This document shows positions 28,264-37,705 of a stretch of DNA of 61,393 bases, in pieces. The first letter of the stretch is position 1; each line of letters opens with the position of its first letter. The stretch is from Ktedonobacterales bacterium (GTDB lineage Bacteria > Chloroflexota > Ktedonobacteria > Ktedonobacterales > JADMIN01), in assembly GCA_052143275.1 (NCBI GenBank), contig JBKQTH010000310.1, forward strand, positions 1 through 61,393, read 5' to 3'. The notes under the pieces were generated by a model, which had not been told where the DNA came from, did no database searches, and saw only the letters and a list, made by a program, of their open reading frames with translations. The position numbers and the translations under genes were made by a program.

Positions 28264-28824
28264 TTATTCGCCGGTGAGGCCCGGCAGCTTCTTCTTCAGC
28301 TCATCCGGTATCACTATACGTTTCTCGAAGCGCCGGTATATGGCGCTTGCCCTCGAGCAGACTCGCCCGTTGTTGTCCCGGCAGATTGCCTCGACGAAAA
28401 GAATTTGTTTGCCGCCACTCAGGACATGAGCCTCGAAGGTCAATGGGTCATCGTAGGCCGGATGCTCGAAGGTCACATCCAGCTTGACGGTCACCTGCGG
28501 CTTCAGGCCATGTGCCAGCGAGGCTACCGCCGCTCCAGTCACGATATCGAAGATGTATGCCTGCACGGCGCCAGTGACGGCACGCGCGCCAACACCTGCC
28601 CCCCGGTGATGGCTACCCGGCTCGAAGTAGACGGTGGCGTGGCCATCGGCGCTATCGGTGATGCGGGCTCCCATCCAGCTGAGCATGTCCATCTGGTTCC
28701 AGTACTCGTAGAAGGCGCGCGCCGCGGGAGGTGTGCTGGTTTCGACGTCTCGGGCTTTGCTGTCTGCCTCATTCGTCTGGTCTTTTGGTGCGTTATCTGG
28801 CTGCTCATCGTGCGAATTACTCAT
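28264..28824 (-). CDS. PaaI-family (hotdog fold) thioesterase
   Basis: MGARITDSADGHATVYFEPGSHHRGAG...VTGAVQAYIFDIVTGAAV is typical of PaaI/YbgC-type thioesterases. ATG 28824 is preceded by GAAGGAG with a 5-nt spacer. Confidence 0.75.
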   Translation of the reverse strand: MSNSHDEQPDNAPKDQTNEADSKARDVETSTPPAARAFYEYWNQMDMLSWMGARITDSADGHATVYFEPGSHHRGAGVGARAVTGAVQAYIFDIVTGAAVASLAHGLKPQVTVKLDVTFEHPAYDDPLTFEAHVLSGGKQILFVEAICRDNNGRVCSRASAIYRRFEKRIVIPDELKKKLPGLTGE

Positions 28825-28894
28825 AAATACTCCTTCGTGCACGGCTATGCTAGCATAGTTGAGCGAAATATCATCAGATATTTCACCCGTTCAC

Positions 28895-30193
28895 CTACGC
28901 CCGTTGACGCACTAACTGGGCGGGCGGTTGGACTACGGCCAACCGGTGTTTGTCTTGCCACTCCTGGTGTCGCTTCTCCAAGAGCGCTTTCATGGCCCTG
29001 CGGTCCGCACAGGCAGCCAGTTCCTGATCGCCTAGACGGCTCGCCAGGTTCTCTGCCGCATTCACATCGGCATGATTGGTGTGCCCGCAGACCACACAAC
29101 AGAACGTCTGTTGGTTCGGACGGTTCTCGCGGGCCACATGATGACAACGATGACATTCTTGCGAACTGTAGGCACTCTTGACCGTGCGAGCACGAATGCT
29201 CCGCTTGGCTGCGCCCCAGGCCAACTGCTTGGGGATATGGGCCAGATTGGACCCATACAGATAGGCATTCATGCGCCGCGCCTTGAAGCGCATGCCCGCC
29301 ACGTTCAGCTGCTCATAGGCAAACTGGGCACTCGGATGGTCAGCATAGAGCTGGTTGACGGCGCGATTGATCTCCTGGCGCACCTGCCGTGCCAGCTTCT
29401 TGTTGCGGGTGGAGGGCAGCTGCTGTGTGCCTTTCTTCTTCAGGCACGCGCGCAGCTTGGCCTTGCGGCGGCGCTTCTCCCGGTCCCGCTGATGGCGTGC
29501 AGCGAGCTTGCCATTGAACGTCCCGTACTGCTTGCCGTCTGAGGTGGTGATGAAGTTGGCGATGCCCACATCAATACCGATGACTGGTGCCTTTTTGGGG
29601 GTGGTCAACGGGATGTCCTCGTCGTAGGAGAGCATTAGCCACCAACCATCCGGTTTGCGTGTCAGGACTGTGCTGGTATTCAGCGTCTTGCCGGCAAGGG
29701 CCTGCCGGTGATAATCTGCTAGCTTCACCGGAAGGAAGATCGGGTGGCCTTGCTCCAGGGTCGAGACACGCAGCCAGTAGTCGAAAGTGGAGTCTTCCGC
29801 AGGCTCACGCAGGGCGACATTGGCATTGGCTTGAATCACCGGCTCTTTGAGAATCGGCGTGTTCCACTCCTTCCACTCCGGCGAGTCGCCTTCCGGTTCC
29901 TCTTGGTACTCGGCGAGCATATCCAAGTAGTCTTGATAGGCAACGGCATAATTGGAGCGCCAGGACTGGGCGATGCCGGCGGCGTGCTGAACCGCGACCC
30001 GCTGCCAGCGCTGGGAGAGTGGGCTGTTGAAGCAGGGTGCGGCGTACGTATCCGGCTGAGCCTCGGTGCAAAAGTAGGTGGTGTAGGCTTGGCAGAGCCG
30101 CAGATAGTCTGCGGCGAGCGCATCCAGGGCCGCAATCTTGGCATGGTTGGCATCACAGAGGCGAATAGGCGTGACGGCACGGGTCAGGCGCAT
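28895..30193 (-). CDS. tnpB: TnpB (IS607-associated OrfB), apparently intact
   Basis: RuvC contexts IGIDVGIANF, FAYEQLNVAGM and NHADVNAAENL. Zinc finger CHRCHHV...CVVCGHT. Confidence 0.9.
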   Translation of the reverse strand: MRLTRAVTPIRLCDANHAKIAALDALAADYLRLCQAYTTYFCTEAQPDTYAAPCFNSPLSQRWQRVAVQHAAGIAQSWRSNYAVAYQDYLDMLAEYQEEPEGDSPEWKEWNTPILKEPVIQANANVALREPAEDSTFDYWLRVSTLEQGHPIFLPVKLADYHRQALAGKTLNTSTVLTRKPDGWWLMLSYDEDIPLTTPKKAPVIGIDVGIANFITTSDGKQYGTFNGKLAARHQRDREKRRRKAKLRACLKKKGTQQLPSTRNKKLARQVRQEINRAVNQLYADHPSAQFAYEQLNVAGMRFKARRMNAYLYGSNLAHIPKQLAWGAAKRSIRARTVKSAYSSQECHRCHHVARENRPNQQTFCCVVCGHTNHADVNAAENLASRLGDQELAACADRRAMKALLEKRHQEWQDKHRLAVVQPPAQLVRQRA

Positions 30194-30765
30194 CAGTTCA
30201 CCTCCAGAGCCGCTAATATTTGCGCTTTCTTCCGGCTCGCCCGCCTGCGGCCATAGAGCCGGGGACAGAACGAGGTGATGATGACCACGAAGTCGTGCAT
30301 TAGGTCGGCTTGGTCTTCTGCTGCCTCGTTGATGATCACCAGTTCCCGGCCTTGCGCCTTGAGCAAGGTCTGAATGTAGGCCACGCCAAAGCGCGAACAG
30401 CGGTCCTTCTGCTCCACCACGATATGGCTGAGGGTGGGATCGGCCAGGAGCGCGAGGAACTGCGGGCGCTGGTCATTGACGCCGCTGCCACACTCCTTGA
30501 CCACCTGTGCCACCTGATAGCCTCGCGCCGCACAGAAGGCGACGATCCGCTCCGCCTGGCCCTCCAGGTTCTTGCGGTTCTCGGCAGACGAGACGCGGGC
30601 ATAGACCGCCACCTTCTGGGGGCGGACGGCGGGCGCTGTGGGCGGCACATCGACAATCACCGTTCCCGTGGGCAACTGGTGAGCGGGCAATTCGCCCCGC
30701 TGCCACATGCGCCAGGCGGTCTGATAGCTGATGCCTTCTTGTTTGGCGTAGGCCGACAGTTTCAT
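30193..30765 (-). CDS. tnpA: IS607-family serine recombinase TnpA (MerR-type HTH plus resolvase domain)
   Basis: MKLSAYAKQEGISYQTAWRMWQRGELP (HTH), then VAVYARVSSAENRKNLEGQ (catalytic Ser context). Confidence 0.9.
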   Translation of the reverse strand: MKLSAYAKQEGISYQTAWRMWQRGELPAHQLPTGTVIVDVPPTAPAVRPQKVAVYARVSSAENRKNLEGQAERIVAFCAARGYQVAQVVKECGSGVNDQRPQFLALLADPTLSHIVVEQKDRCSRFGVAYIQTLLKAQGRELVIINEAAEDQADLMHDFVVIITSFCPRLYGRRRASRKKAQILAALEVN

Positions 30766-30940
30766 GCTCACAGGATACGACAAAACTGGTCATTTGTCAA
30801 ATATCCGACTATGTTTGGTGACGTATGTTTATGAATCAGACCTCTGAACTTTATACCTTGGCAGAGCTTCGCAAGACAGGTGGTTCTGGTCGCTGTACCG
30901 CCATCGCTGGCAGAGCCAGACGCGCGCGGGTTGGCGCGCG

Positions 30941-31109
30941 CGCCACGAAGTACTGGCGGTCGTGACCGCGCGGGATCAGGGATGTAAGATAGGCTCGAAG
31001 CATACCGCGCTTGGCGTCGCGGCTGAGTGGATACTAGACCACTTGATTGTAGGGTTAGGAACCAAAGATCGCTTGCCTGTTGGCGCAGGTTCCTAGGTTG
31101 AAGGCGAGT
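30941..31109 (+). promoter_or_regulatory. conserved ~170-nt leader shared with 45554-45723
   Basis: Blocks CGCCACGAAGTACTG(G/C)CGGTCGTGACCGC, TAAGATAGGC, TTGATTGT and TTAGGAACCA are shared with the paralogue leader. Hairpin TAGGAACC (31056-31063) / GGTTCCTA (31088-31095) lies just 5' of RBS GAAGG. Confidence 0.45.
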
Positions 31110-34100
31110 ATGAACAATCGCGAGATTGCTGCCGAGATTGCGGATATTCTCTCATTAGACATAGATGAGATTCTTGTGCAGGTCGAGTCTGAGGCGGCGC
31201 GTCCCGGCAGCAATGTAAGCTCTGCCTGGCGAGAGAGCAATCCTAGCAGCGACGATGAGAACGAACGCTTCTACTCAGATAGCAAGGCGTACATATTCGA
31301 TCTCATGAGAGAGGCGACCTCTGAGGTTCGCCACCAGTGGCGCTCTGCTGTGGTTGCTGCCGTGAACCAGCACTGGGGCCGGGCCACAGAAGCACGCGTA
31401 CTCGACTACGGCGCGGGCGTCGGCAGCGATACCCTTTACTTTGCCGAACAGTGTCGCGCGGCATTCTATTATGACTTACCAGGCGTCACTAGCGAATTCG
31501 CGGTGAAGCGCTTCGCGCGACACAAAGTTCCCGTCACACGCATAACCAGCACCCGAATATATGGGGCCGAGTTCGATGCCCTCGTGGCGTTCGACGTGCT
31601 CGAGCACCTTGTGGATCCACTGGCACATCTGGACGAGATGGTGCGCCTGACCAAACCGGGAGGATTGCTGTTCCTCACCGAGTCCTTCGACCTTGTCGGG
31701 GAGAATCACCCGTCGCACCTGTTACGCAACGTGCACCTCTCCGGGAAGCTGGATGAGCTCCTGATCGAACGAGGTTGCCGCCCGGTAACTGTGCTCGAGG
31801 GACACATCAACGTGTACGTCAAGGGGCCAGCGGTTACCGTGATCGTGCCCATTTACAATGCGTATGATCATATTCGCCAGCAGCTCGACAGCGTCAACAG
31901 GACGACCCCTGGATACCCACTCCGCTGGATACTTATGAACGATGCTTCTCCCGATTCTCGTATCTCAGCTTTGCTCCACGAATTCGCGGCGTCTTTTAGG
32001 GGCGTGTGCCAGGTAGTGGATAGCTCTGAGAATCGGGGATTCCCGCGGACCTGCAATGCCGCCATTCTCGAGAGTGGCAGCGATGATGTCATCCTGGTCA
32101 ACAGCGATACCATTCTCTATGACGGCTGGGCGCGCCGGTTGCTCGAGGCCGCGTACGAAGATCCCGCCATTGGTACGGCTACGCCGCTCAGCAATAGCGC
32201 GGCGTGGTACACGATCTTCGACTATGTCACGCCGGTTAATCGTCTTAACGAGATGCTAGCGGAGCTGGAGCAACCGTCAGTACCGATTCCTATCGGCGTC
32301 GGCTTCTGTCTCTACGTCAAGCGCGAGATGCTGGACCGGGTAGGTATGTTCGACCCTACCTTCGGGAAGGGCTACGGCGAGGAGACCGATCTCTGCCTGC
32401 GTGCCGGCGCCGCCGGTTACCGGCACGTGCTCGCGACCCGGGTATTCGTGTATCATGCCGGCAGCGCTTCGATGATCGCGGCGAATGTCATACGCACAGG
32501 GGAGGCTACCGTCAAGAGGCACGAACGTATGGTGACGCAGCGTTACCCGGAGTTCGGCGCCTTGGTAAATAACTTCATCGTCAGCGGCGTGATGGAGACG
32601 ATGGGGAACAACCTGAGCAAGCGCTACATCGTGCGTGAATCGGGACTGCGGCCATCGATCGCCATCGTCATACATGAAGATCCCTTTGCCAGCGTGGAGG
32701 ATGACGCGACGCGCCACGTCCGCGACTTGATCCGGGAACTTGGGCAAGATTTCGCGTTCTATATCCTCACGCCCGAGGCGGCCAAGGTACGCGTCTCCGG
32801 CTATGTAGACGGTATTGTGACTACGTTCGCGGTGAACAGCGACGACTTCGCAAGCCTGCTGGTAGATTTGCATCCATCGATCGTGCACATCCATCAGCTA
32901 AGGCTCTTCCCATCTTCATTCATCGACGCCCTCGTGGACTGGCAAGGTCCCAAGATCTATACCGTGCACGACTATTATGGCGTGTGCCCGCAGTACAACC
33001 TGGTGGGGTATAGGCAGATCTACTGTGGAGTGCCGGAACCTGAAGAGTGCGATCGCTGTGCCAGGACGCTCTTCGGTACGGGCTACTCTACACCAGCCGC
33101 ACAACGACGCCTGTTTCAGCGTCTGGTTGATTCTGTAACCACGGTGCTTGCACCCTCGAACAGTGCGCTGGAAGTGTTTAGGAAAGCAATCACCGTGCCC
33201 GAAGAGAAGGCACGAATCCTACCTCACCCCGTGGTTGCCCACAAGTATAATCCTGCGAGCAAGCGCTTGCTCGCTCGTCTGCCCATGTCGACATCCGGCG
33301 AGCCTGATGAGAACGGCAGTGGTGCTGGCGCGCTGTCTCTGCGCAGTCAAGGTGCCAAGGAAGCTAGGCCGGAGGCCAGGGAGTTACTTCGACTGAAAGA
33401 GGCGCAGTTGCGGGTGGCCGTTATTGGTTACCATGCGCCAGATCATGGCGCTGCACTGGTACAACGGATCGTTACGGCGTGTTCGGACGCTCCGATTACC
33501 TTTGTCGTCTTCGGAGACATAGGCAGGGTGGTAGAGGACAGCAAGAACATTGTCACCACCGGGCAGTATGACCGCGAGCAAGTCACCGATCTAATCAAGC
33601 AATACGCGGTAGATGTAGTGATTGTGGCTTCTAACTGGCCCGAGACCTACTGCTACACGCTTTCTGATGCGTGGATGGCAGGTGTGCCTGTGATCGTCGG
33701 GCCATTCGGCGCTCTGGCTGAGCGTGTGGCTGAGAGCGGGGCCGGTGTAGTTGTGCCAGAATACCGTACCCAATCTTTTGTAGCCGCCGTGCGTGAGCTG
33801 CTGAATGACGAGCGGCAGCGCACTCGGCTCAAGCAGGCTGCGGCCGCTGTGAGACCGCGGCAAGACTACGGTGACTACCGCGACCTGTACCGGACACACG
33901 TCAGCCATTCACCAACCGCCACCCGCTTCTTTTCTTCGTATGTGGAGCAGGTCGTGACTCACACCAACGTTGTCGTCGGCCAGATCCCGATTATTGCCAG
34001 ATTGGTATCGATACGTAAGCGTGTCTTCCCGGTCGGCAGCGTCCGTGAGAAAGGGTACCTCTGGCTTCACGACCGGCTGAGTCAAGGGAGACCATCGCGT

Positions 34101-34133
34101 ACTGCAGCAGGGGCAGACTTGCGTGAGGCGTAG
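31110..34133 (+). CDS. trifunctional methyltransferase / GT2 / GT4-like glycosyltransferase (WsaE-like architecture), copy 1
   Basis: Class I SAM motif VLDYGAGVGSDTLYFA. GT2 motifs VTVIVPIYNAY, MNDASPD, ENRGF, LVNSDT and GEETDLCLR. C-terminal GT-B-like domain (IVHIHQL..., NWPETYCYTLSDAWMAGVPVIVG). Confidence 0.85.
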   Translation: MNNREIAAEIADILSLDIDEILVQVESEAARPGSNVSSAWRESNPSSDDENERFYSDSKAYIFDLMREATSEVRHQWRSAVVAAVNQHWGRATEARVLDYGAGVGSDTLYFAEQCRAAFYYDLPGVTSEFAVKRFARHKVPVTRITSTRIYGAEFDALVAFDVLEHLVDPLAHLDEMVRLTKPGGLLFLTESFDLVGENHPSHLLRNVHLSGKLDELLIERGCRPVTVLEGHINVYVKGPAVTVIVPIYNAYDHIRQQLDSVNRTTPGYPLRWILMNDASPDSRISALLHEFAASFRGVCQVVDSSENRGFPRTCNAAILESGSDDVILVNSDTILYDGWARRLLEAAYEDPAIGTATPLSNSAAWYTIFDYVTPVNRLNEMLAELEQPSVPIPIGVGFCLYVKREMLDRVGMFDPTFGKGYGEETDLCLRAGAAGYRHVLATRVFVYHAGSASMIAANVIRTGEATVKRHERMVTQRYPEFGALVNNFIVSGVMETMGNNLSKRYIVRESGLRPSIAIVIHEDPFASVEDDATRHVRDLIRELGQDFAFYILTPEAAKVRVSGYVDGIVTTFAVNSDDFASLLVDLHPSIVHIHQLRLFPSSFIDALVDWQGPKIYTVHDYYGVCPQYNLVGYRQIYCGVPEPEECDRCARTLFGTGYSTPAAQRRLFQRLVDSVTTVLAPSNSALEVFRKAITVPEEKARILPHPVVAHKYNPASKRLLARLPMSTSGEPDENGSGAGALSLRSQGAKEARPEARELLRLKEAQLRVAVIGYHAPDHGAALVQRIVTACSDAPITFVVFGDIGRVVEDSKNIVTTGQYDREQVTDLIKQYAVDVVIVASNWPETYCYTLSDAWMAGVPVIVGPFGALAERVAESGAGVVVPEYRTQSFVAAVRELLNDERQRTRLKQAAAAVRPRQDYGDYRDLYRTHVSHSPTATRFFSSYVEQVVTHTNVVVGQIPIIARLVSIRKRVFPVGSVREKGYLWLHDRLSQGRPSRTAAGADLREA

Positions 34134-34154
34134 TTCGTGTGCAAACGTCTGGGC

Positions 34155-35855
34155 TCAGGTCCGCCGACGATGGCCGCGCACTAATGGCAGAAGCCTGCGT
34201 CGCAACGTCTTGTACACCTTGTGACGGCGTGTACCGTCGGGAGCAGCGAATTTCCGTAGCAATCTTACGATATCTCCGAGTGATCTCGGGCGATGCGCCT
34301 TATGTTTAGTGCCTGTGTCATAGTCTGCTGTGCTTTTGGTGTCGGTTAGCCGCTCGACTTCGAGCGCCACGGATGCGGAATGACACGCGAGAGTGGAATC
34401 GATTGCCGGAGTCGACCTTGAAGATGCTGCTTTGACGGCGGCGGAGATGGCCATCTCTATGCCGTCTGCAGCAACACCGGGAGACAGCACAGCTACCTGT
34501 TCCGGTGGAGCGCCGTGGCTCACCATCCACTCCCTCATGCGATCGGTAGCGGTCACTGTCAGGTCAAGCTGTGAACGCAGCTGAAGCGACATCCATGGAA
34601 AGCTGCCATGCTCCATGTCTGCTTCCTCTACGCCGAGGGAATCCAAAATTGCGAGTTGTGGGTGGTGGGTGCGTAGAAACGGCACGAGGCCATAGCCCAG
34701 TTCGCTGCCTCCGATGAGCACAGCATCCATTTGTCGAGATTCAATGAGGTAGCTGAGGAACCGAGGATAGTCGGCGTACTGGAGGAAGTTTGGCAGGATG
34801 AATACATCGGGAGTGAACTCTGCGAACCGCTGCACGCCCGCATCATTCACCACTTGAGATGCCACCACAGTGAAATCGCAGCCACGGCATGAGAGAGCGC
34901 GAACTAGCGCCAGGTTGAACGTGTCTGCTTCCCCACTGTTCCGCCGTGGCGCCAGTAACAAGATACGTCTGGTCCCTTCGGGTTTGGCGAGTGGATTACT
35001 GATCGGACTCTGAACTTTAACGGCCGGATATGGCTGGTCTGCTCCAGTACAGAAGACTGGATGTGGGAATCGACCGCGCAAGCGATCATGTTTCTTTAGC
35101 AGCCAGGCATGAAATGCCTCGTGGCGCTTGTCGTCTCCGGCGGTGTCCCAATGTCGTGAACTATAGGACGTACGATACCAGGTGAGATGCTCAGGTATGG
35201 TGTAGCCCCAGAGCCCCGCCTCTGCCAGATTGAGCCAGAAGTCCCAGTCCTCGTGGCCGTGTCGAATGGACTCGTCATAGCCGCCGGCTTCGAGAAACGC
35301 ATCACGGCGTATCATCGCCTGGCTGGTCAGAAAGTTCTCCTTCGTGAGGTTGAGCTCATAGGAGGCGAAACCATGGTCCCAAAGCTGTTGGTGCGAACCA
35401 AACGTGACGTTGTACGCCGAGCAGGCCGCAAATTGCGGCTGGGTTTCCATGACCCACAGGGCCTTTTCGACGAACGTCGGCTCTACCATGTCGTCGGCGT
35501 CAAGCTGGAGGAGGTAGCGACCTTGCGCGGCCGCAACTCCGCAATTACGCGCCGCCGAGGGACCATGATTGCTTTCCGAGATGACTTTAATTCTCTGGTC
35601 ACTGCCTGCGACCATCTGCAGTTGTTCCAGGCTCTCCGGCTTGGTGCTGCCGTCGTCGACGATGACCCACTCCCAATGCGGGTAAGACACTCGTTGAACG
35701 CAGCGAACAGTCTCCAAGAATACTGGGCCGACATTGTAGTATGGAGTTATGACGCTGACGAGAGGCGTGCCGTTGCGTAGGGGAAAGTAGCAATACGCCG
35801 GCCGGCTACCGCTGGCTGGCGTATTCTGGTAGTCAGGGTTGGCAGACTCTATCAC
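34155..35855 (-). CDS. GT2 glycosyltransferase with C-terminal GT4-N-like Rossmann domain
   Basis: VSVITPYYNVGPVF, VIVDDGSTKPES and LQLDADD are GT2 motifs. The C-terminal half (RILLLAPRRNSGEADTFNLALV...) looks like a GT-B half domain. The GTG start overlaps the wzt stop (GTGA). Confidence 0.8.
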   Translation of the reverse strand: MIESANPDYQNTPASGSRPAYCYFPLRNGTPLVSVITPYYNVGPVFLETVRCVQRVSYPHWEWVIVDDGSTKPESLEQLQMVAGSDQRIKVISESNHGPSAARNCGVAAAQGRYLLQLDADDMVEPTFVEKALWVMETQPQFAACSAYNVTFGSHQQLWDHGFASYELNLTKENFLTSQAMIRRDAFLEAGGYDESIRHGHEDWDFWLNLAEAGLWGYTIPEHLTWYRTSYSSRHWDTAGDDKRHEAFHAWLLKKHDRLRGRFPHPVFCTGADQPYPAVKVQSPISNPLAKPEGTRRILLLAPRRNSGEADTFNLALVRALSCRGCDFTVVASQVVNDAGVQRFAEFTPDVFILPNFLQYADYPRFLSYLIESRQMDAVLIGGSELGYGLVPFLRTHHPQLAILDSLGVEEADMEHGSFPWMSLQLRSQLDLTVTATDRMREWMVSHGAPPEQVAVLSPGVAADGIEMAISAAVKAASSRSTPAIDSTLACHSASVALEVERLTDTKSTADYDTGTKHKAHRPRSLGDIVRLLRKFAAPDGTRRHKVYKTLRRRLLPLVRGHRRRT

Positions 35856-36670
35856 CGGTGCCGTTCGACCTTTACCACCTGCAGTCGCTGTGTAGTAGCC
35901 AGGTCGGCTTCGTACTCCATCGAATCGCGGAACATCTCCACTACTCTGTCGGTCTCTCCAACATACCGGAGCCGTCCCTGGTCGATCCAGGCCGCGCGAT
36001 TACACAGCTGAGCGATGGAGTCCAGTCCATGAGTTACAAAGACGATTGTCACTCCACGTTCCCGGTACCGCAGCATGCGAGCCATGCACTTTTGCTGAAA
36101 AGCTTCGTCACCTACCGAAAGTACTTCATCGATGATGAGAATATCTGGGTCCGCCTCCGCAGCCACCGCAAAACCAAGGCGAGCGTGCATGCCTGAAGAA
36201 TAGGTGCGCAAGGGCGAGTCAATGAAATTGGCGAGCTCGGAGAACTCGATGATGTTGTCCACCTTCCTCTCCATCTCGCGCTGCGAAAAGCCAAGCATGG
36301 CCCCATTCAAGAAAATATTTTCTCGGCCGGTCAGTTCCTCGTGGAATCCCGCCCCCAGTTCGATGAGTGGGGACATTCTGCCCTGTACCCAGACTCGCCC
36401 CATCGTCGGTCGCTGCACCTTAGCGATCAACTTGAGTAAGGTGCTCTTACCAGCTCCATTGCGTCCTACCAGAGCAATAGCATCTCCGCGCTGGATTCGC
36501 AAATTTACTCTACGCAACGCCCAGAACTCGTTGAATTTGACCTTGCGGCGCGTGATCTGGCGAATAACCTGCTCTTTCAGAGTGTTTATTCGCTCTACAG
36601 GCAGGCGATAACACACTGACACGTCGGAGATAACTATCGCCGGCTCTCCGCCATTAGTCTGGTAGTTCAT
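35852..36670 (-). CDS. wzt: polysaccharide ABC exporter ATP-binding protein (Wzt/TagH type, no carbohydrate-binding extension)
   Basis: Walker A GRNGAGKST, signature YSSGMHARL, Walker B ILIIDE. ATG 36670 was chosen because the longer track ORF overlaps wzm. Confidence 0.9.
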   Translation of the reverse strand: MNYQTNGGEPAIVISDVSVCYRLPVERINTLKEQVIRQITRRKVKFNEFWALRRVNLRIQRGDAIALVGRNGAGKSTLLKLIAKVQRPTMGRVWVQGRMSPLIELGAGFHEELTGRENIFLNGAMLGFSQREMERKVDNIIEFSELANFIDSPLRTYSSGMHARLGFAVAAEADPDILIIDEVLSVGDEAFQQKCMARMLRYRERGVTIVFVTHGLDSIAQLCNRAAWIDQGRLRYVGETDRVVEMFRDSMEYEADLATTQRLQVVKVERHR

Positions 36671-36683
36671 CGGCTGATTGCCT

Positions 36684-37562
36684 CTAGAAGTAGTAAGCAA
36701 AATTACCCTCCACTCCGGTGAAAAATAGCCAGCCAATGATGAACATACCAATTGCCATGAGGGGCGCGACAATCAGTTCTTTAGGATCTGAGAATATTGG
36801 ATGGTAGGTTGGATAGGCACCCATGATGGCATTACGAGCGGTATCTATGTATAGAAACAGTGGATTGTAGTACTCAAGTTTGTATAGTAGCGGGAACTTC
36901 GTTGCAAAAACGATTACTGGATAAAAGACTGGCGTAATGTAATTATACGCCGTAACGAAGACACTATAGATCTCAAATGTGTCGTGAAAGAATACCATCA
37001 CGGGCGCAACGATCAGCCCGACTCCGAGCGCAAAGAGCGCACATTCAATACAAGGCACGATAAGGAACAACCAGCTAACATTGGGCTTGATGCCGGTGAG
37101 CAAAGCCAGAATGAAGAAAGGTATGATGGAATAAATTAAGTTTACTAGTGCGCTGCCGATAGCAGATACAACGAACACACTAGGAGGCACATACATGCGC
37201 CGCAACGTATTGCCGTTGCCCAGCAGATTCCCCATTGCGGCAATTGTTCCTTGCGCAAAGAGGGTGAAAATTAAAATACCACACAGAAGGTAAGCGGGAA
37301 AGTCATAGATCACGAGGCTGCTGTACCGAAGTAAGGAGGTGAAGACCACAACCATGACGGCCATAGTGAGCAAAGGATTCAGCATCACCCAAACGAAGCC
37401 CAATACGGATCGCTTGTAACGTATTTTCAGGTCGCGCGACACCAGGTTGCTGACCAGAGACCGGTAACGCAGAAGCTCTTTGAACTCAAAAATGGCTTGC
37501 GACCTGATCGTACCGGTGTCATAGATAGGTCTGTCTGTTGTGGGCGTATCTGTTGCTTGCAT
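36684..37562 (-). CDS. wzm: ABC-2 type polysaccharide exporter permease (Wzm/TagG type)
   Basis: Six hydrophobic segments and the N-terminal motif LVSRDLKIRYKRSVLGFVWVMLNPLL, typical of ABC-2 permeases. It lies immediately upstream of wzt. Confidence 0.9.
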   Translation of the reverse strand: MQATDTPTTDRPIYDTGTIRSQAIFEFKELLRYRSLVSNLVSRDLKIRYKRSVLGFVWVMLNPLLTMAVMVVVFTSLLRYSSLVIYDFPAYLLCGILIFTLFAQGTIAAMGNLLGNGNTLRRMYVPPSVFVVSAIGSALVNLIYSIIPFFILALLTGIKPNVSWLFLIVPCIECALFALGVGLIVAPVMVFFHDTFEIYSVFVTAYNYITPVFYPVIVFATKFPLLYKLEYYNPLFLYIDTARNAIMGAYPTYHPIFSDPKELIVAPLMAIGMFIIGWLFFTGVEGNFAYYF

Positions 37563-37705
37563 TGACCTGCTCTGACCCCCTCTGATTCGCTTTTTGCTCT
37601 GGATGGACCAGGCGCAAGAGCGTTTCCCTCATCATAGGCAATCTAACATCGACTAGGGCAATCTGTCCATAGTCCTAGTACTGTCTAGGTCCGGATTTTC
37701 CAGCA

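Larger units (their letters stand above)
28860..30800 (-). mobile_element. IS607-family element (serine recombinase TnpA plus TnpB); ends not resolved
   Basis: The MerR-HTH serine recombinase gene overlaps the tnpB start by 1 nt (TGATG). No terminal inverted repeats seen; as far as I recall this family has none. Confidence 0.65.

Noticed and set aside
28405-29181. 258-aa plus-strand ORF spanning the thioesterase, the intergenic region and the tnpB 3' end.
   Set aside because: It runs antisense through two recognisable genes and an intergenic palindrome region. It is a shadow ORF.
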